Below are positions 41,375-56,994 of a stretch of 64,000 nucleotides of DNA, one piece after another. Source of the DNA: Octopus vulgaris. Lineage: Eukaryota. Positions within the stretch are counted from its first letter, which is position 1. Each line of letters starts with the position of its first letter. The stretch lies in the NCBI GenBank assembly GCA_951406725.2, contig OX597814.1:54250001-54314000 (forward strand). The letters are read 5' to 3'. The notes under the pieces were generated by a model. That model saw nothing but the letters and a program-made list of their open reading frames with translations, searched no databases and was not told the origin of the DNA. The position numbers were made by a program, and so were the translations under genes.

Positions 41375-43135
41375 TCATTTACTGTAAAAACCCATGTAAT
41401 TTGCATACCTGTCTAATTTACACAGGTGATTTTCATGATAAAAATGGTTTAAAAAGCTGTAAAATTTGCACCCAAAAGTTTTCAGAATTGTTGATATGGC
41501 CAGGAAAAAAAGGTTTTCAATTTAGTTATATTTAGAATAATTTCACTTACTTATGATTAGATTTTAGCAAATTTTCAGTAAATAAAAAAATTTGTTTAAC
41601 AGGTATCAAGCTATTAAATTACAAAGTGTTTGTGGTGTTTATAATAAACTTTATTTTACATTTCTTGCCCACAAGAGATTATGTCCAATCTTTAGCATAT
41701 TTCTGTATGTCCTCTCAAATCAAGATCACAGGAAAAGTTGATAATTCTTATCAACAAAAACAAAGCTGATAAATATGCACAAGTGTTGCAAAATAAGTTT
41801 AATTACCAATAAACATCAGCTTGAATGACACTTTACTCAACCGATAGAGGAAGGTGACCAATCAAACTGATTATGTAAACAGAATCTGAAAGTGTCTTCT
41901 TGTCTCAGCTCTGATTTTCTGCCTATTCTTGTCGGAACCTTTGATATGGAGTATCGAAATTTTAATCCCTTTCACACCTATAAAATGTCAAGCAAACTTT
42001 AAAATTTGTCATTACCATTTTAGCCGGGAGACCAAACTGATAGCTTGGTAACCCGCTAAAATAAGCATTAAAAATTGAAAGGAGAAAATAAACAGTTTTG
42101 CAAGTTTAACTCAGTGTTTATTGAATAAGAGAGGTGCGAAATTTAAGAAGTGACTTGTTAGAATATATTCGTTTGTGAGGAGACATAGACGAAAATAGCA
42201 AAATTCTACTATACCAAAAGAACTGGTAATACATACATTACAAGTCTTCTATGAAGAGAACATAAGATTGCTGCATAATTTAACATGTATGTGAAACAAC
42301 ATTAAACATCGTATAAGGTAAATGAAGGTTTCTATAGGAACACTAAGTCATATTCCCTTAGTGAGTTTACACGCATAAGGATGAATTATGATGTCATCGG
42401 CAATGTTAAATTAAATTGTCCTAATGCGGGGAAAGCGAATAATAGCTTTCTGGAAGCAAACGCAAGTTAAACTTCTTAAGCAGATTAAAACTGATCTATT
42501 AAAGGAAATTGCTGGGTTCCATTGCGATAGGGAGAAAATCCAAGCAATGTAAAATACGGCCACAACCATGATTACCAGTATGAACGTCAAACTTCAAAAA
42601 GTAGTTAACCATTAAATAGTTTTAGTAAATTTAAACAGACAAAGTAAGCATTATACTGTCCAGCATAGATAAAAATCAACTTCATTATTTTTCTATAAAA
42701 ACTTATTCTGACATCACATGAGTTAACTTCCTGTACGAATGTTTACATTTGTACGTCATTTTTCAACAAAAAATATTCTGGAAACAATCTACTCATGTAA
42801 TTTATGCACTTCAACGTACTCGTTGTAGCACTCCAGCTACTTGGTGAGATTAGAGTTTTGGACTTCATTGAAATTAATTCTCTCCTGACAAAGTCTCAAA
42901 ATATCTGGAATGTACCTTGAGTGTGCCTGTGTGTGTGTATAAAACAAATGAGACAGAAAATGGAATTCACTAGATTATTTATTAGTTACACACACATATC
43001 ACAGACTTATTTCTGTTTCCATTTGCTAAATCCACTCAAAAGCTTTGGTTACTCTGGGAAGGTGCCATGCCGTGGAACTGAACATGGAACCATATGGTTG
43101 GTAAACACATTTCTTACTGCACAGCCATGCTTGCA

Positions 43136-43924
<789 letters not shown>

Positions 43925-44069
43925 GGAGTGGTTGGCGTTAGGAAGGGCATCCAGCTGTAGAAACACTGCCAGATCAGACTGGAGCCTGGGGCAGTCCCTG
44001 CTCCCCAGACCCCGGTCAAACTGTCCAACCCGTGCTAGCGCGGAAAACGGACGTTAAACGATGATGATG

Positions 44070-44070
<1 letters not shown>
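43925..44070 (+). mobile_element. SINE family C 3' portion
   Basis: Homologous to 17188-17333. Confidence 0.8.
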
Positions 44071-45975
<1,905 letters not shown>

Positions 45976-46166
45976 TTAGGGAGGTGAGCTGGCAAATTCG
46001 TTAGCACGCTGGGTGAAACGCTTAGCAGTATTTTGTCTGCCGTTAGGTTCTGAGCTCAAATTCCGCTGAGGTTGACTTTGCCTTTCATCCTTTCTATCTT
46101 TGTTTGTCCCCTCTATGGGCAATAAAAAAAATTATATATATACACACACACACACACATATATATA

Positions 46167-47021
46167 TAGGGTATGATGAATAAAGTGTCTAAAATGAAAA
46201 TAACACTCACATCTCACTTTAACAGATATATTTACCAAAACTGCATAAAATTATCTTCGAATACTAGAGTAAATTTATTCAATATAATTGCCATTGGTAT
46301 CAACCATGGCCTTCAGACAACTTTGGAATCTCCTGCAACTCTTCTGGATAGTCTCCTTGTTTAAGTTGGTGAATGCTGCCATAATCTTTGCTTTCAGTTC
46401 ATCTTTGATGTTACAAAGAGTTTTGTTGGTCTCTTGCTCAACTGCATCCCACACATAATAATCAAGGGGAGTTGCAGTCTGGGGTGTTAGGTGGCCAGAT
46501 GTTAGAGGTGATGTGGTCGCAAAAATTGTCTGACAGCCATGACTGAGTTCTCCTGCTTGTGTGGCATGGAAGAGCATCCCGTTGCCAGACAGAGGGTCTT
46601 CCAGCAGCCACTCTCGTGACTCAGAGCAATACTACCTCCTGCAGTCACTTGATATAGGCCTCCGTGTTGCGTCTGAAGCTGTGTGGGAAGATGAATGGAG
46701 GCATAATGTTGCCATCACTAATGATCACTCCAAACACCATGATGTTGACTGGTTGTTTGGTTTTTATCACTCTTGGTTCATGGTTCATATTGGTACATGT
46801 TTGTATAGGGAGCTTTTGGCACTTTGTATTGGAGCTTCCAGCGTGAATGCCAAGCAGTATAGCATGTTTCTGGCAGAGTGAATCGCTTCATGGTGCTGTT
46901 TTTCTCACAGAAGGTGCCCAACTCACCCTACTATACTGTGTAGTCAACAAAACCCAAAACAAATAATGCACATGCATGACATTAAAATATACAATGGCGA
47001 CAATTCACCCATCACACCCTG
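46167..47021 (-). mobile_element. Internally deleted Tc1/mariner element
   Basis: TIRs tagggtatgatgaataaa / ttcacccatcacaccctg with TA flanks; PLDYYVWDAVE...FQSCLKAMVDTNGNYIE C-terminus. Confidence 0.85.
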
Positions 47022-47038
47022 TATATATACATATTCAA

Positions 47039-47078
<40 letters not shown>

Positions 47079-47243
47079 CATAAGGGACTAAAGCCATCTG
47101 AATATGGCTAGGGACAGGGCAGGGTGGTGGGGGTGTTACTGTTGCATTTAGCCCCAGGCGAACATCAACGTCCCCAGATAGGCTTGACACCATCACGGCG
47201 TCCTCTATCCTGCAAAGGGAGATAATTCCCCGATGAAGCGGAA

Positions 47244-47295
47244 ACCACACACGGACCTAGGTTTCAAGGTGTATTGCCTATTATCAACGTGTGGT
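47244..47295 (-). ncRNA. Type I hammerhead, U3-A8 core variant (inverted copy)
   Basis: Reverse complement of 47461-47512. Confidence 0.7.
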
Positions 47296-47460
47296 AGGCA
47301 CCCGCTTCCCCGACGAACAACTCACTCTGCAGGATATTTCTCATTTAGAGAATTATTATTGCTGTCGAACAGATTTTCGAAATCAGCAAATGTATTTTGC
47401 TTGAAAATCTATATATAAATATCCTGCTGAGTGAGTTGTTCGTCGGGGAAGCGGGTGCCT

Positions 47461-47512
47461 ACCACACGTTGATAATAGGCAATACACCTTGAAACCTAGG
47501 TCCGTGTGTGGT
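47461..47512 (+). ncRNA. Type I hammerhead, U3-A8 core variant
   Basis: CACACG-UUGAUAA-UAGG caauaca CCUU-GAAA-CCUAGG-UC-CGUGUG; palindromic helix III ACCUAGGU; helix I extends with GAAGCGG/CCGCUUC. Confidence 0.75.
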
Positions 47513-47715
47513 TTCCGCTTCATCGGGGAATTATCTCCCTTTGCAGGATAGAGGACGCTGTGATGGTGTCAAGCCTATCTGGCGACGTTGATGTTCGCCT
47601 GGGGCTAAATGCAACAGTAACACCCCCACCACCCTGCCCTGTCCCTAGCCATATTCAGATGGCTTTAGTCCCTTATGTTATGGAGCAGTTACTGTCTATA
47701 TCTCATTTAGAGAAT

Positions 47716-47753
<38 letters not shown>

Positions 47754-48099
47754 CTTTATCTATCTCTATATGTATATTGCAAGGAATTTTTTCAATGCTC
47801 TAATGATTCCACCAATCCGTCATCCTTTATTATACACCTCTAATAATAAACATCCTTTTCCCCTATATTGTAATACTGAACAAAGAGTCACATATGTAAG
47901 AAATTTTTCGAAGATTCATTATTCATAATTACAGGTGCATGTTATATATGAGTGCATATTACAGACAAATAAATATGGCAATTAAAATTTGGGTGGTTTA
48001 CTACATTAAGTTATCTTATCAGCAACTTAACTGTTTGTTATTCAAGCAGAAAATAATCTTAGGTAATTTTTTCAGTTATTCTAATGAAACACTAATTAA

Positions 48100-48486
48100 A
48101 TATTGGTTTCTTATCTAAGCACAAGGTCTGTGATTTTGAGTGGAAGTGGGTTATTTGATTACATTGACTCCAGACTTTGACTGGTACTTTATTTTATCGA
48201 CTCTGAAAGGATAGAAGGCAAATCTGACCTTGACTGGATTTGACCTCAATGCTTAAAGAACTGCAACAAATATTGGTTTCAAATTTTGTAACAAGGCCAG
48301 CAATTTAGGAGGAAGGGTAAGTTGATTATATCAACACCAGTGCTCAACTGGTACTCATTTTATCAACCTCGAAAGGACGAAAGGCAAAGTCGACAGTAGT
48401 AGGATTTGAACTCAGAATGTAAAGATGGACGAAATGCCACTAAGCATTTTGCCCAGCATACTAACAATTCTGCCAGCTCACCACCT
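48100..48486 (-). mobile_element. Two SINE family B copies
   Basis: Reverse-complement homology to 3464-3700 and 4458-4670. Confidence 0.7.
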
Positions 48487-51400
48487 TAGAACCACCACAA
48501 ATATTGGAAAGCATTTTCTACAAATGCTCTAACATTTCTGCCAGCTCAATGCTCATACTTCTTATAACAATGAAGAACTGCTACACACACACTGCTACAA
48601 GGAGTTATGTATCATGGCCATGAACAAAGCACGATTCTATTAATGGGACTTCTCCAAATATTTGATTGACCAAGATTAGTACAACTTTATTCAGTGGAAC
48701 ACCTGAATCATTATCATCAGTCTTACTGTTGTTATCAAGCTCTGGTTCTGATTCAGCTTGTACATGATGGTTAGTGTGCAACAGCCAAATTCACATCCAG
48801 TTTTCAGTATACACACAAACTTACTCAACATTCACCACCATGCAAATATCTTCCCCAGCTACAAGAACTCCTTACTAAAAGAGAAGCCTTGTGCTTTGGC
48901 AATAGATGTCACTATTCTATTGCCCAAGCATTATTCTGTTTAATTAATTCCAAGCCAGAACTCTTCTTATAATTGAGATTTTATTTATCTATATTTTTTT
49001 TTTTCTGTAGAGTAAGCTTCACTTCTTATCTAGTAAACATCAATTTCTCTAGCAAGTTAGTTTCCCCACTTCCACTTAATACAGAGGCAGAAAGAACCTT
49101 TACTTTCTCGCACATACTTTTGTTCCAGCAGAAACTATTTTTAGCATAGACGTTTATTATAATTACAGTCTTATGTCATTCATGACACCAAATGTTTTTA
49201 CTATTTTATGCTTTAGGGTGGCCTTCCTGACAGACATTTTTCATTTCTGACATACACTGTGACAGTTTTACTATTTTAAACCAGAAAAGCATGAATTTTT
49301 CAGCTAAAGTTCCAGACTAGAAACCAGATGTGTATTTTCTTTTCTTTATTCTTTTATTTTCTTTTTTGTTGTGGTGGCAGGGTGTGCAGGGGTATGGGAG
49401 TTTTGTTTTCTTAAAACTAGTTTACTCATGGTTATGAGGATATCCATGCAGCTAAACAATGAAGTTGGAGAATATCTGTGTAGCTGTTGAATAGATACAA
49501 AGCATTACAGTAAACTTCAGGCTTTCATATTAAACATGTAGCTGGAAAACACTTATGTAACTATAGGATAACCATATAACTGAAAAATAGACACAATGTG
49601 GTCATATCTATGTGGGCACATAGTCTGCAAAAAATAATAGCCAAATCTCCTACTCTCAAACCACTTTCTACTATTTTAAAAATGGGAAGGACAACATAAA
49701 GTAATCTAGTGTTTGCTATTCCTATGAAAAAAATAAAAATAAGCAGGGATGGTCAGACTGGAATATTTTTAATCCTAAGTCAATGCAGGCAGAGCCAGTT
49801 TGGGATTAAACAACAACATAGATATACATCTATTAAATGTTGGAATTTGGAACCCCTTCAACAAAATAAATTTACAACCAATGTAACAAATAAAAAAAAG
49901 AGTTTTGACAATTTATCCAAATAAAAAATCTGCTTTATCATTGGCTAACTTTCACAACTTCATAAGATGCTATATGAAGTCCTTTTCCTGCCAACCCTCC
50001 TGAGACCACCTCTGGTTATATGACAGAAAATCTCTAATTTTAAAGGGCTTATATTTGAATTAAAACATTCAATCAAAATCTTATGCAAGAAAATTTGAAG
50101 TTATGTTTCAAACATCAATGTAACAATAAGGAAAAAATTATTTTATTAAATCCCACAAAACTCTTATTTTTCAGAATTGACTGAAACACATAGGCAATAT
50201 ACAAAATTAGAAATATGTTGACAAATGAGTTAATATAACTAGTAAGATATACTTTTTCCATCAACTGGTTAATACTATGAGTAGGATTATCAACTTAGAA
50301 CTGATTCTCCTGCTTAACAAAAATACTTTCAATACTTTTCCATCCAATGTTTAAGAAGCACATACACAACAACAACAACAAAAACATACCTACTCTGGTG
50401 TTCCTGTATCATGCAATGTTTTTAAGACAGTCAGACAGAGCACTCAAGTGGGTTTATTTCAGTAGTTAGTCTGATTTCTATATTTTTTTAATTTATTCCA
50501 GTACCTATTAGCAGTCTACTAATCTCTTTCTACTATCAGTTGCCAGTTTGTTTTTGGACACCCTTTTTTCAACTTACCTTTGGGGTAACTAAAAATATAC
50601 GTCTTAGTTTTATCTAGCAAAGATAAATTTTAAAATCTACAAAATGTTACACATAATTAAAAAAAATTAACACATGAAAATTACAACATAACCAAGTTGT
50701 TGTTGTTAGTGGTGTTGTTTTTTATATAGTCCAGGTCAATTCTGATCGACCACACAGGCAATTAGCCAAACCAAGTTTGGCCTACAGATCTGTTCTAGTT
50801 ATATCACATAGCACCATGTCTCCACCTGGTGAAGAACCATACTTCACACTCCAGCATACAGTTATGAATCAAACAGGGTGCAGTGTGACAGTCCACAAAT
50901 ATTACATCCTCTCACCTGTTCAGTTTGTTCCCGTATGCCTATTGTTATTTAGTCTCAGATCAGCCCTGATCAAAAGCATTCCAGCCATAACCATCCTGTC
51001 TTTATTCAGATAGTGTATCTAGGGATACATTTATTCAATCTGTTCTTCCCTTTTCCTTAACAGTAGGATATGGTTTGGAGGAGAGTTGGCTGCCACTTCT
51101 AGAAGGTTGAGCATTTACACAGAGATTCCTTTGTTGGCTTTGTAGAAGCTCTCAAGTGAGTTCTATAGGCTTGTAAATTCTGAAGTTGACTACAGCAAAA
51201 GTAGGGAAGGGGGACTTGATCAGAGTGTTCCTCAGAACTTATTACTTAGCAGTGTGTATTCTAGAAGTGATTAGAGACTTGTCTGGTTTCAATGCTACAG
51301 ATGTACGTTGTTAATACATTGTGACCTGTTAATATCCAGGATCTACATGAGCCTACATTTCTAAGACTACGCAGAGTGCTATAGATAAGAAATACATCAT

Positions 51401-51862
51401 GCTGAACAAGAAAAATGAATACATTAGGCACAAAAAAAAAAATGAAATTGAATGGCAAGGTGTGCATGTGTGTGTGTGTGTGTGTGTGCATGCAAGAGAG
51501 AGATATTCTGTCAAGCAATAGTTTATGTTGCTTGGTGATATGGTAGGTAATTTAGCAAAAAAAAAAAAAAAATGAAAACTATGTAATATATCAAATTATG
51601 TAATGTATTGTGTGTAAATAAATTAGTATGCTATTGAAACATTTATAGCATGAACTGAAGTGTAGAATATCTACTCATCTTCATTTATTATATCATCCAC
51701 ACTGTTTAACATCCTCTTTCCATTCTGGCATGGGTTGGATGGTTTGACAAGAGCTGGCCAGGCAGGGGCCTGCACCATGCATCTGTATCTGTTTTGGCAT
51801 GGTTTTTACAGCTGGATGCCCTTCCTAACACCAACCACTCTGTAATGTGTGTGTGTGTGTGT

Positions 51863-52150
51863 GAAGGCACATAGTTTAGTGGTTAGGGTGTTGTACTCAT
51901 GATTGCAAGACCACGGTTTTGACTCCTAGATAAGTGGTGCATTGTGTTCTTGAATGAAACACTTCATTTCAAGTTGCTCCAGTTCACTCAGCTGTAAATG
52001 GGTAACTCTGCAACGGACTGGCAATCTGGTCAGTGGGGATGTTGTCCTACCTGTTTAACCAGTGGGATAGCATCATTCAAAAGCTTCAACAATGTGGGGA
52101 AGAGCATTGTGGCCAGCAGTGTGTAACAACATCCAACAGTATGGTTGATA
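51863..52150 (+). mobile_element. SINE family D relative
   Basis: gaaggcacatagtttagtggttag head plus gtgttcttga core. Confidence 0.6.
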
Positions 52151-52881
52151 TATTCATACAGTGAGAAATATATATATTTTCATACTCTGTTTGTTTATAT
52201 AATTGTCTTAATATGAATGATTAATCATATGTATAGTTGAATTTACCTAAACATGTCACCAGACATAACAGAAGCTAATAAATAAAGTCTACATTGCCTC
52301 TTGACTTGCTGAAAATAGCAGTTAAATTCCCTCAAATCATACCCACTGTTTTAAAAAGGAAAGGATACACAGGGCATGTTCTAGATATATTTTATCTTTC
52401 AATTGTTTCAGTCATTAGACTGTGGCCATGCTGGGGCACCACCTTGAAGAATTCTTAGTCAAATGAATCAACTGGAGATGTAAAACACACCAACACTGGT
52501 TGTCAAACAATATAAAAGAAACAAAATGGTCATAGCTCAAAGTTAATTAATCATAAATTTTCTCAATCAGTGTTGATCTAGTGCTAAAACAACAATAATG
52601 AAACATGACAACGAGGTACAATGTAGGACTATGAGATTTACAGTACAGGAATATAAATAACATTTGGTTCAATAACAACATTTGGATGAATGCAAAAACG
52701 TTTGTTTTTGTATTCATCCTGCAGAGCAGCTAGATAAAATCTATTCTTCCGCCAAACTCAATTTTTTCTTTTTGTTTATCAAGTAGTTCTTCCTTTAGAG
52801 AATTTTAAAAGTTCCAGCTTTAATAAGCTTCAACTTGCTCCAATAATGTCAAAATCTGACAAACATCAACCTATATATATA

Positions 52882-53395
52882 TAGGGTGTAACAGGTAAAT
52901 TGGGGCAAGTTTCAAATGGGTATATTTCTAATTGTATAGATTTTGTTGGAGTCTAAATTTTAAATATTACCAGTTTGAATAATCACTTGTACTATTTTAT
53001 ATTTCAGATTGAACAAACTGTGAATATTAATAAAGGATTAAACCATAGAAGTGTTACTGCCGAATTATTCCGTGCTGGCAAAAGTGCTGGGGAGAGTGTT
53101 AGAGCCACAAAGTATGCCAAATCTACTGCTTTTAGAGTTGTGACCAATTTGAAGAAAAGTCAGGATGTTCAGAGAAAGCCTCACAGTACTCGTTGTGACC
53201 AAAAACACATACTCTGCTTCTTAATAGGACTTGAAAGATCGATTAAGTTGAACCAATCAAAGTCAATGGCAAAGTTGGCTCAAGATCGAGGAATGAGTAA
53301 AATGACTGTTTCTAGGGCTGTTAGACAAGAGCTCCGTAGGAAATCATATGTGAGAAGACACTGTAACATCTTAACTACTTGCTCCAAAGCCATTC
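52882..53395 (+). mobile_element. Tc1/mariner 5' end with HTH region of transposase
   Basis: TA-tagggtgtaacaggtaaatt TIR; ORF 52975-53406 ...SMAKLAQDRGMSKMTVSRAVRQEL...KSY. Confidence 0.75.
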
Positions 53396-53670
53396 AGTGG
53401 AACTGAGCCTGGAACCATGTGGTTGGGAAGCAAGCTTCTTACCATATAGCCATGCCTGTGTCTATTAGTTAGGTTAAGTTTCTTAACTGTGGACAATAAC
53501 CATTAGTTCTTTGTCTTGTAGGCCAAAATTCTTTCAACTAAACTTTCTGAAATAATGATTGAATAGGTTGTAGTACATATTGGCCACAGAACAGCTTCAT
53601 TATCAGGCATTTGGGATGATGTGAAAATTCGAAGTCTCCAAATAACCAATGTTTAATTCCAATTTCATAG

Positions 53671-53722
53671 CATCAAGTGGATGAAAGAAATCTCTACTCA
53701 AGAAGATGCCAGTCCATAACAG
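53671..53722 (+). CDS. Candidate exon (HQVDERNLYSRRCQSIT)
   Basis: ttccaatttcatag acceptor, CAG|gtaaga donor, one open frame. Confidence 0.3.
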
Positions 53723-54103
53723 GTAAGATTCATAAATAGTTTGGTACCTGTTCCCATTGGCAACATGAACCAAAACAATAAAAACCAAAGACTAAAGTGT
53801 TATTTTCAAAAACACAATATTTGTGCAAAAATTTGAACTAAAGACCTATGAGCAAATAGCTTAAGATCTAATGCATTTAGTTATTTTATATTCCACAGAT
53901 GAACAGATAACATAATTAACAAAGAATTTTCAAAGCATTGTTGCAGCTGATTTCTAACTCTTTAGTTTTTCTGTAGCATTTATAGTCTTGAGATGAGGCC
54001 AATTATTTTTTTATAATTATATTTGAAATACTTAGTATTTTACAGCATATTTTCTCAGATCATTGCCATTTAACCAGTATGCTTTGTGAATGTAAAAATT
54101 TAC

Positions 54104-54171
54104 CTGACCATTTCTGCAATGTTTATGGTACTTTTACAACTACAACACAATGATGAACTTTTACAGCTGAT
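54104..54171 (-). CDS. Candidate Cys-rich exon (ISCKSSSLCCSCKSTINIAEMV)
   Basis: tttttataag acceptor, CAG|gtaaat donor; phase 0 matches the 61311 exon. Confidence 0.35.
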
Positions 54172-54779
54172 CTTATAAAAATATATCAAATTTACTTTGC
54201 TTGTCATATAAGTTAACCAAAACATGCAAGTGGGCACATCAAATTTGCTCTGCTTGTTAAAGTCAACTACATGATTGGATGGAAAAAGGATGTTCAATGC
54301 CATGTATCATATCCATGATATGGAGAGAAGAAAGAAAAATAATCATCATAACTGAGTTTTCTGTTAACTAGCACAATGCTATCTATTCAAACTTATATCA
54401 GGTAGTAACAAATGTCCTGTCTGTTTATTTATATATATAACAAAGTGGAGTTGTGGGGTACCGCACGAGTGGAATTATATACGAAAGAAGGTTTGAAAAT
54501 GCAATTTAAAAGATGTTTATTTACTTTACCGGTTTCACTCTTTGGAAAAAGATTGTCAAAAGTAACATGTAGAAGTTTGGTTGCGTCAATTATTGGTTGT
54601 TGCAAATTGCTACATTACATATATACAGGCTTTGGTGACAGGGACATGTTAAAGACATAAAAAAGTTCAACAAGTTCCTTAAAATATTGGGCACAAAAGA
54701 TTACTACATAAATAATCGTTCTCAAGGACATGCTTAAGATAGTTTCCAGAAGGAATTGATATTGGTATTGTATCTGTAT

Positions 54780-55275
54780 ATTCAAACATGCACAGAATAT
54801 TGGTTGACACAGAGTACTATAATCCATATAAATATATATTCTTTGGTGACAAGAGTTATGTTATTACCAAGTGGGATCTTCTTCATAATGTTATCGGGTT
54901 TTTCATGCATAATGGTTGACAAAACCTCTTTGATAACTGGGAAAAGTAATGTTTCTCCAATTGTGTGAGACTTTCCAGACTTAGCAACAAGCAATGCAAT
55001 GTTGTATGATGCAATCAACTTATCATTCTCCTGTTTACTAGTTTCCTGGAGTAGCATGTTGAATATTTGTGTTTGCCTTTTTGAAAGAGGAGCTCAGTTG
55101 CAAAAAGTATGACAATGGCTTGTCCTTCTTGTCAGAATGCTTTGCATCAAAGTGATACTTCTAGCATGAAGGTTTCATTGCTTCGTTGATCAATGTTTGA
55201 TGGCAAAGAAGGCACATTGGTAACTGACAGTTCTGAGGAGAGGGAATAAATCCAAATGATAAATAATCACTGCTG
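54780..55275 (-). mobile_element. hAT (Buster/Charlie-type) transposase relic
   Basis: ASYNIALLVAKSGKSHTIGETLLFP...IPLGNN, plus BED-finger-like PMCLLC...NEAMKPS. Confidence 0.85.
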
Positions 55276-55683
55276 TACTCTTTTTTCTCTTTTTTACTTG
55301 TTTCAGTCATTTTGACTGCGGCCATGCTGGTGCACCGCCTTTAATTGAGCAACTCAATCCCGAGACTTATTCTTTGTAAGCCCAGTACTTATTCTATCGG
55401 TCTCTTTTGCCGAACCGCTAAGTGACAGGGACATAAACACACCAGCATCGGTTGTCAAGCAATGCTAGGGGGACAAACACAGACACACAAACATACATGC
55501 ACATACATATATATACATATATACGACGGGCTTCTTTCAGTTTCCGTCTACCAAATCCACTCACAAGGCTTTGGTCGGCCCGAGGCTATAGTAGAAGACA
55601 CTTGCCCAAGGTGCCATGCAGTGGGACTGAACCCGGAACCATGTGGTTGGTAAACAAGCTACTTACCGCACAGCCACTCCTGC
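55276..55683 (-). mobile_element. SINE family A, young full-length copy inserted in the hAT relic
   Basis: Closely similar to 14443-14849; ctgctgt on both flanks (possible TSD). Confidence 0.9.
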
Positions 55684-56659
55684 TGTCGACAAATTTTCTT
55701 GATTGGAGGCATCAGAAAAGTAAAAATGTGTAAACGAATTTCTACAGACGGTGTCAGAAAGGCAAAGAGAAGAAGAAGTTAACAGAGCAGAGCAGAGTCA
55801 GATGAAATGTCTTTACTGGAGCAAATATGGATGTAGTTTGTTTGACTGCCAGCATTTCAAAAATTCAGTTTTATCGAAAATTTTAGAATTTGGCACATTA
55901 ATGTACCTTTCCAAGCTAAATTGCTGGACTTATTCATCTTTTTCCAGAAAAATGATTTTAAAAAGTTACAGAGGTTTAAAGTCTGATCATTTTTACCCAA
56001 TCAAGAAAATGATGTCAAAGCTGTCATTTTGTGCGTGACTGCATATTTTGTCAACATCCTGAAAATAGCACTTGTGTTTTGATATGAAACCACAGAATTA
56101 CGCATGACATATAACTCCTCATAACTTTTTTATTTTTTGGAATTTTCAGAAAATTTTTGCAAATTTGAATTCTATACTCGGGACTTCATATGATTATGCA
56201 AAAAAAAATTGTAGTTGAGTGTGATTTAAGGCCTAGGCCTATTTGACTGCTACTTTTAGCATGTATGACAACCATCTCAATGACTGCGACAAAAATATTA
56301 GATTGATAAACAAGTCTGCTTTTTTAATACAAAGGGACATCTCATGTGAGTAGTCAAATCAATAGAAGTGCATCCTTATTCTAGGCACGGCTAGATATCA
56401 GCAAATGCAGATTTAATTCCTAAAAATTCATTGTCACTTACAAAATGTTCATATTGCCTACCAAAATCTCAAATCACACATTTACCCATCACCCACTTTG
56501 GGAAGCTATGCATTAAGTGAAAATGTCAGTGGCTTAGTCATGATGAACAGCTAGCTCAGCAGTCCAGAAGTGGCCTGCAACCAAGGAAGATTCTTCTGAG
56601 TGTATAGTGGAATATGCATGGAATAATTTATCATAAGCTGTTAGGTGATAAATAAACAA

Positions 56660-56990
56660 TAACAGCTGATGTATACTACCAACAGCTGACACGTTTGAAA
56701 GCACCTTTACAGCAAAAATGTCCATCATTAATAAATAGAAAAGTAGTCATCCCTCATCATGATAATACTAGCCCTCACACTGCACAAAAGACCAAAGATC
56801 ACCGAGAAAAATATGCTTGGGAAATTATGCATCACCTACTATATTTTCTGGATCTCACACTTACAGATAGCCAACTCTTTAGAAGTTTACAAAATCATTT
56901 GAGTGGATTAAGACTTAATTCAAAAGCAGAAGTCGAAAATAAGAATTTCCTTTCTCACTTCTAAACCTAAGAAATTTTATGAACATATGA
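56660..56990 (+). mobile_element. mariner (DD34D) transposase relic
   Basis: HHDNTSPH (HDNARPH) and DLTLTDSQLFRSLQNHL (SPDLAPSDYHLFRSL). Confidence 0.85.
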
Positions 56991-56994
56991 TCAA

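Larger units (their letters stand above)
47075..47720. mobile_element. Retrozyme-like repeat: 362-bp monomer with 20-bp terminal redundancy plus a 265-bp inverted copy
   Basis: 47075-47339 is the reverse complement of 47417-47681 (about 3 mismatches); tctcatttagagaattatta at 47339 and 47701; flanked by (TA)n. Confidence 0.8.

Noticed and set aside
47035-47928. Identical ORFs MWFPLHRGII... on both strands
   Set aside because: Consequence of the inverted repeat; GTG start, and they run into microsatellite
50579-50614. Minus-strand segment with a strong gtaagt donor
   Set aside because: Phase does not fit neighbouring candidates and the peptide is uninformative
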